Assembly (NCBI RefSeq): GCF_009914755.1
Contig: NC_060925.1
Direction: 5' to 3' (one strand)
DNA: 64,000 nt
DNA from: the human T2T-CHM13v2.0 reference genome, Homo sapiens
The notes beneath the pieces were generated by a model. The model made no database searches, was not told the origin of the DNA, and worked only from the letters and a program-made list of their open reading frames with translations. Positions 51,723-64,000 of the stretch are shown piece by piece. The position numbers were made by a program, and so were the translations under genes. Within the stretch, counting starts at the first letter, position 1. Every line of letters starts with the position of its first letter.

Positions 51723-52454
51723 GAGAAAAGGGAAAGGTAGTAACTCACAGAGAAAATGAGCAAAATGAAAACCAAGATTTCCCAGAGGTAAAGGTGAGAA
51801 AGGGTTGTTGCTCCGAGGTCTAGGAAATTTCTTTAGGCCCCCAAAATGGAGGCCAGTTGGCCTGAATGGTGCAGAGAACACTCTCGCAGTGGGGGGATGA
51901 CGGGGAGTGATGTTTGAGGACCTTTTGGTGAGGCAAGGAAGCATGCAGCCCACTTCAGCTTTCTCCTTATTTTTCAAAGGTGCCAGTCCATTTTTGGAGC
52001 CCTGAGGAAGAGAAGGCTAGAGGGAGAACACTAAAGACTACAGCCAATTCTGATAAAGAATAAGGGAAAAGAAAAGGCTTTGCCTGCTGGAATAGCTTTG
52101 GGTGAGGTCACCATAGTTTTCTACAAGATAAAGGGATTGGCTACAGGAGCCACCAGAAGAGAGATCCCCGGGCCTGCGGGCAAGAAGTTGAACCCTAGAG
52201 AGAAACTTTCACTAGCGAAGGGTTAAAGGGAATAAATATGTTTAGCAATATATTGAGGGTGAGGGGAAAGGAAAGGTGGGGGACAGACCAGTGAGCATGT
52301 AGACTGCTAATAAATGAAGAGAAGTGGGAGATTCATCTTACCTCCTACAGGGCAGAGATGCTCAGCTCATTTTTTAGATCAGTCTTTAAGAAGAAAAATG
52401 ACAAAAAGGAATTTGGATAATTAGGAAGTAAATGCAGACTGTGCAAAAATCGTT

Positions 52455-52786
52455 CCTGATAGAAAGCAGGTAGGAGAATACTCAGAAAATGTAAAGGTTT
52501 CACAAATCAGCAAGCCAGGATGACATCCATCATGAGATATTAAGGCTAGTGTTCTGGGAACATACTAAGCGGGGCGCTGATTGAACCACTTATAATTATG
52601 TCTGGAAAATCATAGAAAGTAAAAGGGGCCATCAGGAGGCTGGAGAAGTGAAACGGATGTGACTCCTGTCTTCTAAAAAATGGTAAACAAGCCTAAAAAT
52701 GTTCATCCAGTCAGTTTGGAACTAGATACAATGAAAGGGGGAAAAAATCTGTCATCTCCGGGAGGAAAGTAAAATTGAGAAGCGTG

Positions 52787-52827
<41 letters not shown>

Positions 52828-53770
52828 GTATGCCTAAGGGCCAAACCACACCAAACAGAATAGCGCTAAGTGATCAAATTGAAAACAGAAAAACAGATGT
52901 GTTGTAATGGGTGTGCCACAAGTGGCTGTTGTTAAAACAGGTTCAGGTTTCCGCTGTGGTTGTAGGTATGTAAATGAAAACTGCACAGAAAAGAAAAATC
53001 GATGGCAGGGAATCATTCAGAGAGAGGGACACTCTCTGGATGAACAGAGTATTCTGAACCAATTTAACATAAGGTCTCATTTTGGATGGGGAGAAAGCTG
53101 CATGTAACTGAAAAAGCTGATAGGTAGGTGTGGCTGAGGAACAATTCAGGAACCTGAAGAAGTCAACAACCACATGAACACCTAATTATGGGGGGAGGCG
53201 GTGGGTTGAAACAAATGAACATATTTGGGAGGAAATCTCTGCTCATCCAAAAAAGCCATAGGAAGGCCCTGGAAGCTGCCTTGCTTTGGGGGTTGCATGC
53301 ACACAATTTGGATGTGGAGCTCTGGGACCTAGAAGGGAGGTGACACACTGGGGTGGTTTCAAAAAGAATGGGGACGGCCCCTAAGGGGGTTAGCTGAGAG
53401 GGAGTGGCTCCTCATGGTAATGATCCTAACTGACTCCACAGCCCCAGCGCCCTACACACTTTTACAAGGTTAAAGCAACAGCTTGAACCTGTATGGGGTG
53501 AGCATTTGTTTCCTTTCCAGATTGCCAGCTAATGAGGAAAGATTAAAGGAGCTAAATCTGTTTAGCTTGGCTAAGTGACGACGGAGGCGGCAGGAGTGGA
53601 GAGGCATGCTGGGCAGCCTGGCCAAGCGGAGGGGTGTGATAACCGTCTGCAGATTTCAGGAAGGTGTAACTACGGTGGAAGAAGAGCGGCTGTCTCAGGT
53701 GGCACAGGGGCCTCACCCTTCGGCAGCGAGTTTCCCAACAGTGAGCTCGGTGGCTCCTGGAGCAGCCAGT
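52455..53770 (+). mobile_element. Ancient CR1/L3-type LINE ORF2 relic
   Basis: Collinear translated motifs KSASQDDIHHEILR, LIEPLIIMSGKS*, WRSETDVTPVF*K...PKNVHPVSL, GVPQ, IIQREGHSLDEQSILNQFN and EERLKELNLFSLAK*RRR, matching the order of CR1 RT and C-terminal motifs. Confidence 0.8.
52783..52826. repeat. (TG)n microsatellite
   Basis: Seen directly. Confidence 0.98.
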
Positions 53771-54325
53771 TGACCTGAGGAAGAGAGAGCAAGGATTAGG
53801 AACATCCCGGCTGAGCCAAGGGAGGGACCAAGCCAACCCACCCAATGGTCCAGGCACTGTCCCAACAGACCAGCTTTCATTTTGCCTTTTGCTAGCAGCA
53901 TCCTCAGCATTCCCAAGGGTCTTCTCTGACTCTCTGCCCCCACTGCAGCCAATCCCTTAAGGGATTTGGAGTCCAGAAAGGTTCCCCCACTTTCTGGCCT
54001 GTGATAGACATTCGCAGTAGCTGGTTTGGCAATTCAGAACCTGCCTGTTCTTTGATGATGTCTTCAGATAGATTATTCCAAGGCTATGAGATCAGAACCT
54101 GTGCGAGGAGCTCTTCTGGGAATGGAAATAACTTACCCAAAAGGGGAAGCAAGTGGCAAGGCCCAGGGTGTGGCGTCCCTGGGGTCCCGAGCCTGGCCCA
54201 TGGGGGCCAGCCAGGCTGCCTCCCGCATGCTTGCTGTTGGCAATCTCATGGTTAAACACTTAAACAATCTTTCTTTCTCCTCTTTTCTCTCTCCTCCTCT
54301 CTCTCTTTCACTCTCTTCTTTTCAG

Positions 54326-54600
54326 AGTTGACAGGGGCCAAATAAAGGCCCTTTTAAAAAAAAACACACAAAACAATTTTGTTCCTTCTGAAAGTGATGG
54401 AGCGAAAGTGAGTGCAGATTATAGGCCTGTGAGGCGAGGGCCTTCCAGACGGGGGGAGAAGCGGTGACATGATGGGAACCTAATGGCAGTAATTGGCCCT
54501 GGCTTTGACAGGGCCCATATCACAGCTCAGGAAAAGAGAGATGTTTAAAGTAAAAATTTACACAAAATTATATGTTTTCGGGGTGAAAAAGACTGTTTGG
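54326..54600. promoter_or_regulatory. Candidate conserved non-coding element
   Basis: Repeat-free; two TGACAG (MEIS/TALE-type) at 54329 and 54506; CTAATGG and GTAATTGG homeodomain sites; AACAAT. Confidence 0.45.
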
Positions 54601-55004
54601 ATTTCATTTTTTTTCTTCCTCTTCTTCCCCCCAGGGCATGTTTCATGGGTCATCCTCTGCATGTGTGCGCGTGTGTCTGTGTGCGTGTGTGCACACATGC
54701 CCATGCAGCTGTCTCCCCAGGTATATGGGCATCTTATGCCACATCGCCAATGTCTTCTACTTCCGCTCTTCCTGGAATAGAGGCGTTTGTTAGCTTTGGA
54801 AGTTTCCCTTCAGGAAGCAGAAAGAGCCTAAGAGAAGAAGGGAGAAAAGAACCATTCGAGTAATAGATCAGGCCACCCTTCATAGTATCACCACAGCAGA
54901 CCTTGTTTGGATTCAATATATAGTCGTGTAGCATCTTGTATTTATCCTTGTATCGCTTAGTCCTAAATATAACCAAGTAATAGATCAAGTAGCTATATTT
55001 GTTT

Positions 55005-55135
55005 AGTGTCTAACTCCCACTCCAAACTGTGAGCTCTTTGAGTGCAGGACCCTGTTTCTCTTGTTAAGTGCCATAATCTCAGCACCTAGCACAGTGCCTC
55101 CCACGTAGCAGGCTTGCAGGATTTGTTAAATGAGC
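55005..55135 (+). mobile_element. L2 3' end
   Basis: actgtgagctctttgagtgcaggacc...cagcacctagcacagtgcct. Confidence 0.7.
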
Positions 55136-57039
55136 GGCCTAAAATAATGGAATTATGGAGGGACAGCTGCAATGTTGGAAGCCCGTGCCTTCCTGAGTAG
55201 AAAATGCTGATCAATCAGACTTTCGTCTAACTAGACAATACTAGAATATTCAGATAATTGATTCTTCATTGCCTGTTGGAAATGTAGCCTGAGAGGAAGA
55301 CTTCAGGGGTTGCAGTGAAGCTAGAATATTAGGCATTCGTCCCTGGTTCAGAATGGTTTAGGCTTCCTCCATTGTGAGCTTCACTAGAAGCTCTACAGTC
55401 AAACCCCAACTGACTCTTTAATGCTGATGACCATGCTAGTGTTGAAACGATCTCCTCTTCCGGCCTGCAGAATGTCCTGCTGCTCCCTGTTTTACTTGGG
55501 ATTTAGGTGTTCTCTATGGACTAAGCTAAGAACTAGCCAGCTATTGGGCTACTTTTTAGATTTTTTTAAAAAAGATATATCTTTTGGCTAACATGATAAC
55601 AAGACCCATAAATGAAACAAAATTGAATGTTTTATTCACATGAGCTCAAGGGAAGTACCCGAGTCACAGAACCACAGATTGGGGAGTGGCTTTAGAGGTT
55701 CTGAAGTTCATGCTTTACTAGTTGTGTGCATAACCTCTACAGTAACCTCTCATGCTCCAGATGCAAAGATTGGCACGTCCAGCAGGGCAGGTAGAGTTTA
55801 AAGTCAAGAAGCAAAGGGGTAGGAGCTGGGCTGAACAAGGACCAGTCCTTGAAAATGGGTCAGTCATGGGGGAACAAACACAGAAAGGGAAGACCTAGCA
55901 AGACTGTTCCAGGGAGTGGCTATGAAGGCTGGAAATAAGTTCTGAAAGGCAAGTCCAGGAGGCTGGTGTTGAATGGAAATGTATAGCTATCAGCAGCAGG
56001 GACCAAGCCAACAGTCTATTCCCTTCCCATTTTGCCTCAATGTTTGAAGAAAATCTCAGCCCAGACAAACCAGGAGGTTTCAAGACCACTAGGGGAATCC
56101 AGAACACGGGGTGGATGTCACTGGGGACGGGAGAAGGGTAGCAGGGTATAGAATCAAATGGAAATGGGGCTCTTAGAGCTGTGGCAGTTGCTGAGATTAA
56201 CTGAGGTCAACACAATTGAGTAGATGGTTCTTGAATAATGTAGGTGTAGTTTGTGTGGTGATTATTGTGTTAGGTACAGTAATAGCAGATAAAGTTGTAA
56301 ATGATCCACAGGATTGGCATGCTCTAGGAATGAAGAAGTCATTGCTTGTGGTGAGAATACAGGTTCTTAAAGAAAAACTGAGGCATTTGGGGTTTCAGAA
56401 CCATTTATTTGTCCCAACATTTATAGGATGCCTGCTCTATTCCAGGTATCATGCTGAGTCAAAGCTCTTCAGACCTACTATTTAATTTGAGTCACTTCCC
56501 TTTTATTTTCCCTTTGTGTGATGAACTGAGGGTGCCAGTATAGGGGAAAATGGCTAACATTCCATCCATGAAAATCACACAGTATGAGAAGGCTCTCTTG
56601 GCAATCTCAGAGTTCTCCGAGCTCTGTAGATGCTCCAAGAGTCTAGGAAACAGCAGCAGCTTACAGAAGTTTCCTCCTTTGACATTTAGCACAGAGATGG
56701 CAACCTTGTCCTTATCTGCTACCTCTGTGTAGGAATATTAAAATTGTAAATTACATACACTTTCCTAAAATACAGTCCTTTCACCCGGACCTGAAATAAA
56801 TGACTTGGCTTCAGGTGCCTCTGGGTATCACTTGGCTTGCCCGTCAGTGCGGATCTGAAGATGAGACGCTAAAACCTTCAGATCTGCCTCCCTTGAATGT
56901 GATCTTAGCTGCTACACCATCTCCTTCTAAAAGGATAGCAAAGGAGATATGGGTGTTGTTTGCTTTTTCACTCATCTAAACTTTTTGCTTAAAATTATGG
57001 AATCTCAGAGCCTTGGAGATGATGCAACATATTTTTAAA

Positions 57040-58610
57040 TAAACTGCCTCGTCTAAGTTAAGTGCTGGAAATACAAAGGTTTAAAAACAGTTCTCCTTTA
57101 AAGGAATTCATAGTCTACCAAGGAGACAGGCCAGCCAAAGAGGTAATGTCAAAACACTATGGTAAGTGCTAAGATAGATGTAAGATGCAGCACCTCCTAG
57201 AAGAAGCAAACACCTAAATCAACTAGAGACCTTAAGGAAGACTTCACAGAATTAGCAAAGCTTAAAATGAATCTTTAAGAAGTTTGCTACGCAGCCAAAG
57301 AGCAAAGGAAAGGTGTTCCCAGCAAAGGACATGGCATGATAGTTGGATGCATGAATTTTAAGTCAACTATTCCTGACCCCTTGTTCCTTAATATGTTTAG
57401 CAGCTTCTAAGAAATTTGCTGTCCTCATTTTTGTGATAGCTGTGTGCAGTGTATAAGGATAGTGAGAAAAAGAAAGGGATCGAAGAACCACCAAGAGAAA
57501 GGAAGATGGGAGGAAAGTGAAGGGAAAGAGGAAGAGAAGGGAAAGGAAACCAATATTTATGGAGTGTCTATTATATGCCATGTGGTTTTACATGATCTCA
57601 TTTCATATTATTTCCATTCCATACATTAAGTCAATGTGTTTCAGAGAGATGAATGATTTCTTCACCTAACTTCACCTTTTTGTCCTCTCCTGTCCCCATT
57701 CTCATGCTAACCCTACCTCAGACCTCTCTTTGAAGCTCCACACTGCCTATTTACCACCACCACATGGATCTCTAACAGACACTCTGCCCTCACCAGTCCA
57801 GAATGCTGCTCATCATTTTTCCCACCAAAACTGTTCCCTCTCCCCTTTTCCCATGGCACCTCCCCATCCACTTGTCCAAGCCAGAAACCTGGGAATCACT
57901 CTTCAGCCTTTCCCTGTTCCTCAGCCCCTCAGTCTACCTCTAAATCCTATCTCAAATGCATTCCCTTCTCCCCAGCTTGCCTGGCACCGCCCAAAATCCA
58001 GGCATCAGCATCTGTCCTCTGTCACTGCTGGAACTGTCTTCTATTTGATTTCTCCCTTCCATCCTTGCCACTTCCCATTCTAGCCTCTCCACCTGGCAGC
58101 TAAGGAATCTTTTTAAGAGATATGACCCCTAGAGTCAAGCCCATAATCCTTAACGCGGCAAGACCTGCCCCCTGTCTTCCCGGACCCCCATCTCTCCTCG
58201 GGGTCTTTCATCCTGCCCAGTTCCCTCTCTCCAGCCTCCTTACATGACTGCTTCCCCTCATCCTTCAGATCTTAGCTTCAATGCCATTTCCTCAGAGAAC
58301 TCGTCCCAGTCTATAAAAGATTTCACCTGTTTTTTTCTTTCTTTCTTTTTTCTTTTAACCTGGCCTTTGACTGTTGTCATCACCGACTTTTCTATTTCTT
58401 ATCTATTGTCTTCAAGTGTGTTTGACAAATGTAGTTAGACATTTATTTGCCTGTTTAGTTGTTTCATGTCTGTCTTGTTCACTAAGTGTAAGCTCTGTGA
58501 GGGCAGCACTGTGTTTCTTTATATTTTTAGAGACCAGGGTCTTGCTCTGTCATCCAGAGTCATCAACACTGTGCACAGCACTGAGTAGAGAGTAAGCACT
58601 TAAATGTTAT
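57040..58610. mobile_element. L2 fragments (minus ~57040-57350; plus ~57700-58610) with a MIR piece at ~57550-57660
   Basis: caagccagaaacctgggaatca; taagctctgtgagggcag; atttatggagtgtctattatatgcca. Confidence 0.6.
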
Positions 58611-58700
58611 ATTTTAATACATTACATATTTTTGTTAAAAAGGAATATTAAATTAAATGTGTTCAGGATAAAGAAGAGCTTGGATTTAAATCCGCCTCTA

Positions 58701-59319
<619 letters not shown>

Positions 59320-59471
59320 TAAACCCACCTCTTCCTGATGCCAAAGCTCATGATCTTTCCTCTTCCTCAGGCATTCAGTGGGGGAAAAACCAACACAGGC
59401 CATCAGGCAGTGCATGGTATTCCTGGAGTTTGTTTCAGAGAAGAGACAGAAAGCCTTTAAAAACAATCCTG

Positions 59472-59780
<309 letters not shown>

Positions 59781-59789
59781 TTAATCCTG

Positions 59790-60870
59790 ATTAGAAGGTG
59801 AACTCTTTGCAGCTAGAGGCCATGTCTTCATTGTTTAGTAAAGTGCCTGGCACAGGGTAGATGCTCAATAAATAATGAATGAACGAACAAATGAACCATG
59901 AGAAACTCACAGGTTTCTAATTTGAACAGATGGGCAGAGGCACCATTCACTGAGGTAGATGAGGGAGAGGAAGAGCAGATTTGTTGGCTGGGTTGGGAGG
60001 GGTGGGGAGAAATGAAAAAAGAGTTTAGTTTTAGAATGACATGCAGAGAAAGGCACAGTTGTCAATAAGCGTGTTGTGTTTTGAGAACAATGAGAAGTTT
60101 ATTCATTCAGTCATTTATTTATTTAGTCATTAATCAACAAATATCTATTTAAAGCTTAATACATGTCAAGCACTACGCTAGGCACTGAACATATGATAAT
60201 AAATCAGACAAAGTCAAGAAAGGGAAATGGATAAGAAACACCTATTAAAATGCAGAGTGGCTCATGCCATTATCAAAGCAAGCATAGGGTGCTGTGTGTG
60301 GGGCCTCAGAAGCGGAGGCTGCAAGACTTCCTGGGGAAAGTAACACCCCAGTTGCATCCTGAGGAATGGAGGAAGTAGGTGCTAGCCAGACTGAAAGCCA
60401 GAGAAAGGGTGTTCGAAGCAGAGGAAGTAGCATGTGCAAAAGCCCAGCAGCAAAAGAAAGAAAAGCACTCAGAGAACTCCAGATGGTTCAGCAATGTGGG
60501 AATCCAGTGTCGAGCTCAAGGTGCTCCACGGACAGTAGTAAGCGGCCCAAGTTGTGAACCTCCTTGACCCCCCTCCCTCCATCTCTCCATGTAGAGAGAA
60601 GAATAGATTGCACGGAAAGTCAAGTGCAGGTGTCAGTCAGTCCCTGTGACTCACAGTAGGATGTGTGAGGGGAAATGAGGAGAAAGTAGGGTTGAAATTA
60701 TAACCTTGGACCAAATTGTTAAGAGCCTTGTCTGCCATAATGGAGGGTGACTTCTAGGGGCAGTTGGTAACCACTGAAAGTTTTTAATTGGGAGGGTGGT
60801 GGTGATGACATGATCAGATCCATATATTAGAAAGATAACTCAGGGCTAGTGTGAAAAATGGATTAGCAGA
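59790..60870. mobile_element. L2 fragments (plus 3' end ~59790-59895; minus ~60095-60870)
   Basis: gtgcctggcacagggtagatgctcaataaataatgaatgaa; caacaaatatctatt...gacatgatcagatcc. Confidence 0.65.
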
Positions 60871-60960
60871 GACATGACAAGAAGGGACTATATTTTCTGT
60901 CAAGAAGGCATTCTTCAAACTGGAAAAAAATAGAATGGTAAGAAGATGCTGAAGTCCAGC

Positions 60961-60962
<2 letters not shown>

Positions 60963-61042
<80 letters not shown>
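60963..61042. repeat. Compound (TG)n(AG)n microsatellite
   Basis: Seen directly. Confidence 0.98.
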
Positions 61043-61043
<1 letters not shown>

Positions 61044-61067
61044 TTGTAAGAAACTACATGAGTCTCG

Positions 61068-61465
<398 letters not shown>

Positions 61466-61780
61466 TCAAAGAGTCCTCCCTGCGTCTTGCCCATCTTAAA
61501 GTAAAACTTCAAGTTCAAGCCTTCCCTACTCCTCTTCCCCCAGACAGATTGAACAGTTTCATTCTCTAGGCTGCTATATCATTCTGGACATAACAACTAC
61601 ATTATAATTACTGTTTTTCTCATCTGTTTCCTAAACTAGATTATATACTCCTTGAAGGCTAAGACTGTACAAGTTTCTTTGTATCCCCGACATCAGGTAT
61701 TGTTCATGGCAAACACTCAGTGAGTACTGGATTGGAATTTATAGGAATGCTAATAAACTGGGATGATCTAATAATGTGAT

Positions 61781-62081
<301 letters not shown>

Positions 62082-62159
62082 TGAAATTTAATAAATGTGA
62101 ATTCCTGCACCTGGATCTAAAACTTTAGCTGCCCCAGTACAGGATAGGAGAGCAAGATA

Positions 62160-62791
62160 TCTATTCAGCAAACATCTCCGGACTATCAAGCAAATGCTAG
62201 GTACTGTGCTTGACAGGGGACATAAAGCAGGAAACCAGGGAGACACATTCTTTGCCGTCATGGAGTTTACACATGGGATGACAAATTTTAAACAAGTAAC
62301 CAAATATAAGTGAAATGCTGTAGAGAACAATATAGAGTCCAATGGAGACCTCACCTGGTCAGGACCATAGAGGAGCACTCTATGAGGAAGTGATGTATAA
62401 GCTGACCTGAAAGACTGCTGGAGTTTTCTAGGCAGAGTCAAGGGTTGGGCCTCTGTGGGTGTGGGTGGGGGCAGGGGTGAGATAGCGTTTTCAGCATTGT
62501 TATCATTACTTCCTTAGGCAAGTCTTCCTTGACTTCTCTGAAGAGGTCACATCTTCTGTGGCCACATGGATCGCTCGTACAGAACTTACCTCTACTGCAG
62601 ATTCATGTTTATTTCTGCCATGACTTGATCAATGCCCAAGGCCCCCACTAGACTGTATGCACGGTGAAGAGACCTGTCCCTGTGCTCATCAGTGTATTTC
62701 TACTGCCTAGTACAGTACCTAGCATGTAATAGGCTCTCAATTGATGTCTACTGAATGAATGAGTGAATGAATGAATGAATGAATGAATGAA
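62160..62791. mobile_element. L2 pieces (minus ~62160-62445; plus ~62500-62791 ending in (TGAA)n)
   Basis: attcagcaaacat...; cccactagactgt...cctagtacagtacctagcatgtaatagg plus (TGAA)n. Confidence 0.7.
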
Positions 62792-63084
62792 GTGGGTATT
62801 CCAATCAGAGAGAACAAGCACCAAAGACCAATGTGTCTGGGAACACAGTGAAGGGGAGACTGAGTGTCTCAGAAAATCTGAGTGTTTGGTCAACTGCCAG
62901 CTATGCATGAAACAACAAAGCAAGATGGCCGCAACTTTAGGATTTATTAAGAAAAATCTTGTCTCTACTCTGTCTTGGCCAGACTAAACCTACAGTGTTG
63001 TTTTCTTTCCTGGGTGCCACACTTTAGAAAAGACCATGACAAATGTTTGCAAAACATTTCCATGTGGGAAGCTCCATCACATGA

Positions 63085-63300
63085 TGGAAGGATGGTGGGA
63101 TTTGAATCAGATGGACATGGTTTGAATTCCAGCTCTGTCGCGTGTTCACTGAATTGGACAAATCGCTGAACTTCTAAGAGCCTCTTTTCCTATCCATAAA
63201 GTAGGACTAATAATATCCAGAGTCCTGAAAGCTAAATGGAATGACATGCAAAATGCCTAACATGGAGCCTGGCACACAGTAGGCACCCAATAAATGTGAG
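63085..63300 (+). mobile_element. MIR
   Basis: ggtttgaattccagctctg...cctggcacacagtaggcacccaataaatg. Confidence 0.8.
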
Positions 63301-64000
63301 GCCCCATACCTATTAGAAGAAGCAGAACTCAGAGCATTTGAGTTACAGAAGACTTCTTGAAGGGGGTAAAAGTCGAACTGGTCACTTAAGGACTGGAGGA
63401 TTCTATTTTATTGAAGAAAAGAGAGACCTTAATTGAGGTGGGTGGACAATAGTTGAGCACAGCACTGGGCTGGGCTCTATGCATGGACAGAGAGAACCAA
63501 GTAGAGACCAATCTGAGCTTCAGGTAGAAACATCCCTCCTGGGGGGGCGGGGGGACCTTCTGTGCTTGATGTCACCTTCCCAAAAGGAATGCAATGCCCG
63601 GGGACCATCTTTGACTAGTATACCCATTTTGGAAAGTAGGGAAACTCGATCTTAGTTTATAATTTGCTCACAAACTTAGATAACCTCTGAGACCCTGCCC
63701 TCCTGGAGCTGGTGTGGTACATACATTCCACTAATGGTAGTTAGAGCAAGTAGGACTGTGTGTGCATGCATGCATATGCTTAAGCACTCACAAAGCCAAA
63801 ACAAAGCGTGCTACCCACACTGGCCTTGGAGCTTGGCAGTCACAACCAACAGCAGCCCATCCAGAGAGCAGCTTTGGGTCTGGAAGGACTAGTAAGGGAG
63901 AAGGAAGGCGAGAGATGGGGAAGAACATATGTTCAAAAATAAACACTGCCTCCTGCTAAATGGTCTAGAAAGCATCTGTAAGAGGGGCTCTGGGCTGTGG

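Overview
This is primate genomic DNA, most likely human or another hominoid, since AluY, AluS, AluJ, FLAM and L1PA8-type elements are all present. I found no credible protein-coding exon, RNA gene or CRISPR array. The ORF track is almost entirely Alu-derived or chance ORFs, plus decayed Tigger1 transposase, L1 and CR1 fragments. The window opens with a canonical + strand polyadenylation signal (3 x TGTA, AATAAA at 62-67, then a GT/T-rich tract), so it may be intergenic DNA just downstream of a gene 3' end. The first ~37 kb is a dense nested repeat landscape: about 35 of ~46 Alu/FLAM copies, a near-full-length Tigger1, a Zaphod-like hAT, Tigger3a- and Tigger4b-like MITEs, an MLT1 LTR plus internal region, and L1M, L2 and MIR pieces. 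The ~37-58 kb part is Alu-poor and holds GC-rich unique DNA, several blocks that look like developmental enhancers or conserved non-coding elements, and a ~1.3 kb ancient CR1/L3-like LINE relic with readable reverse-transcriptase motifs. I see no evidence of a new biological system; the findings are genome-archaeology observations and candidate regulatory elements. Repeat names come from recalled consensus features, not a RepeatMasker run, and boundaries of old repeats are approximate (tens of bp). I could not identify the locus.
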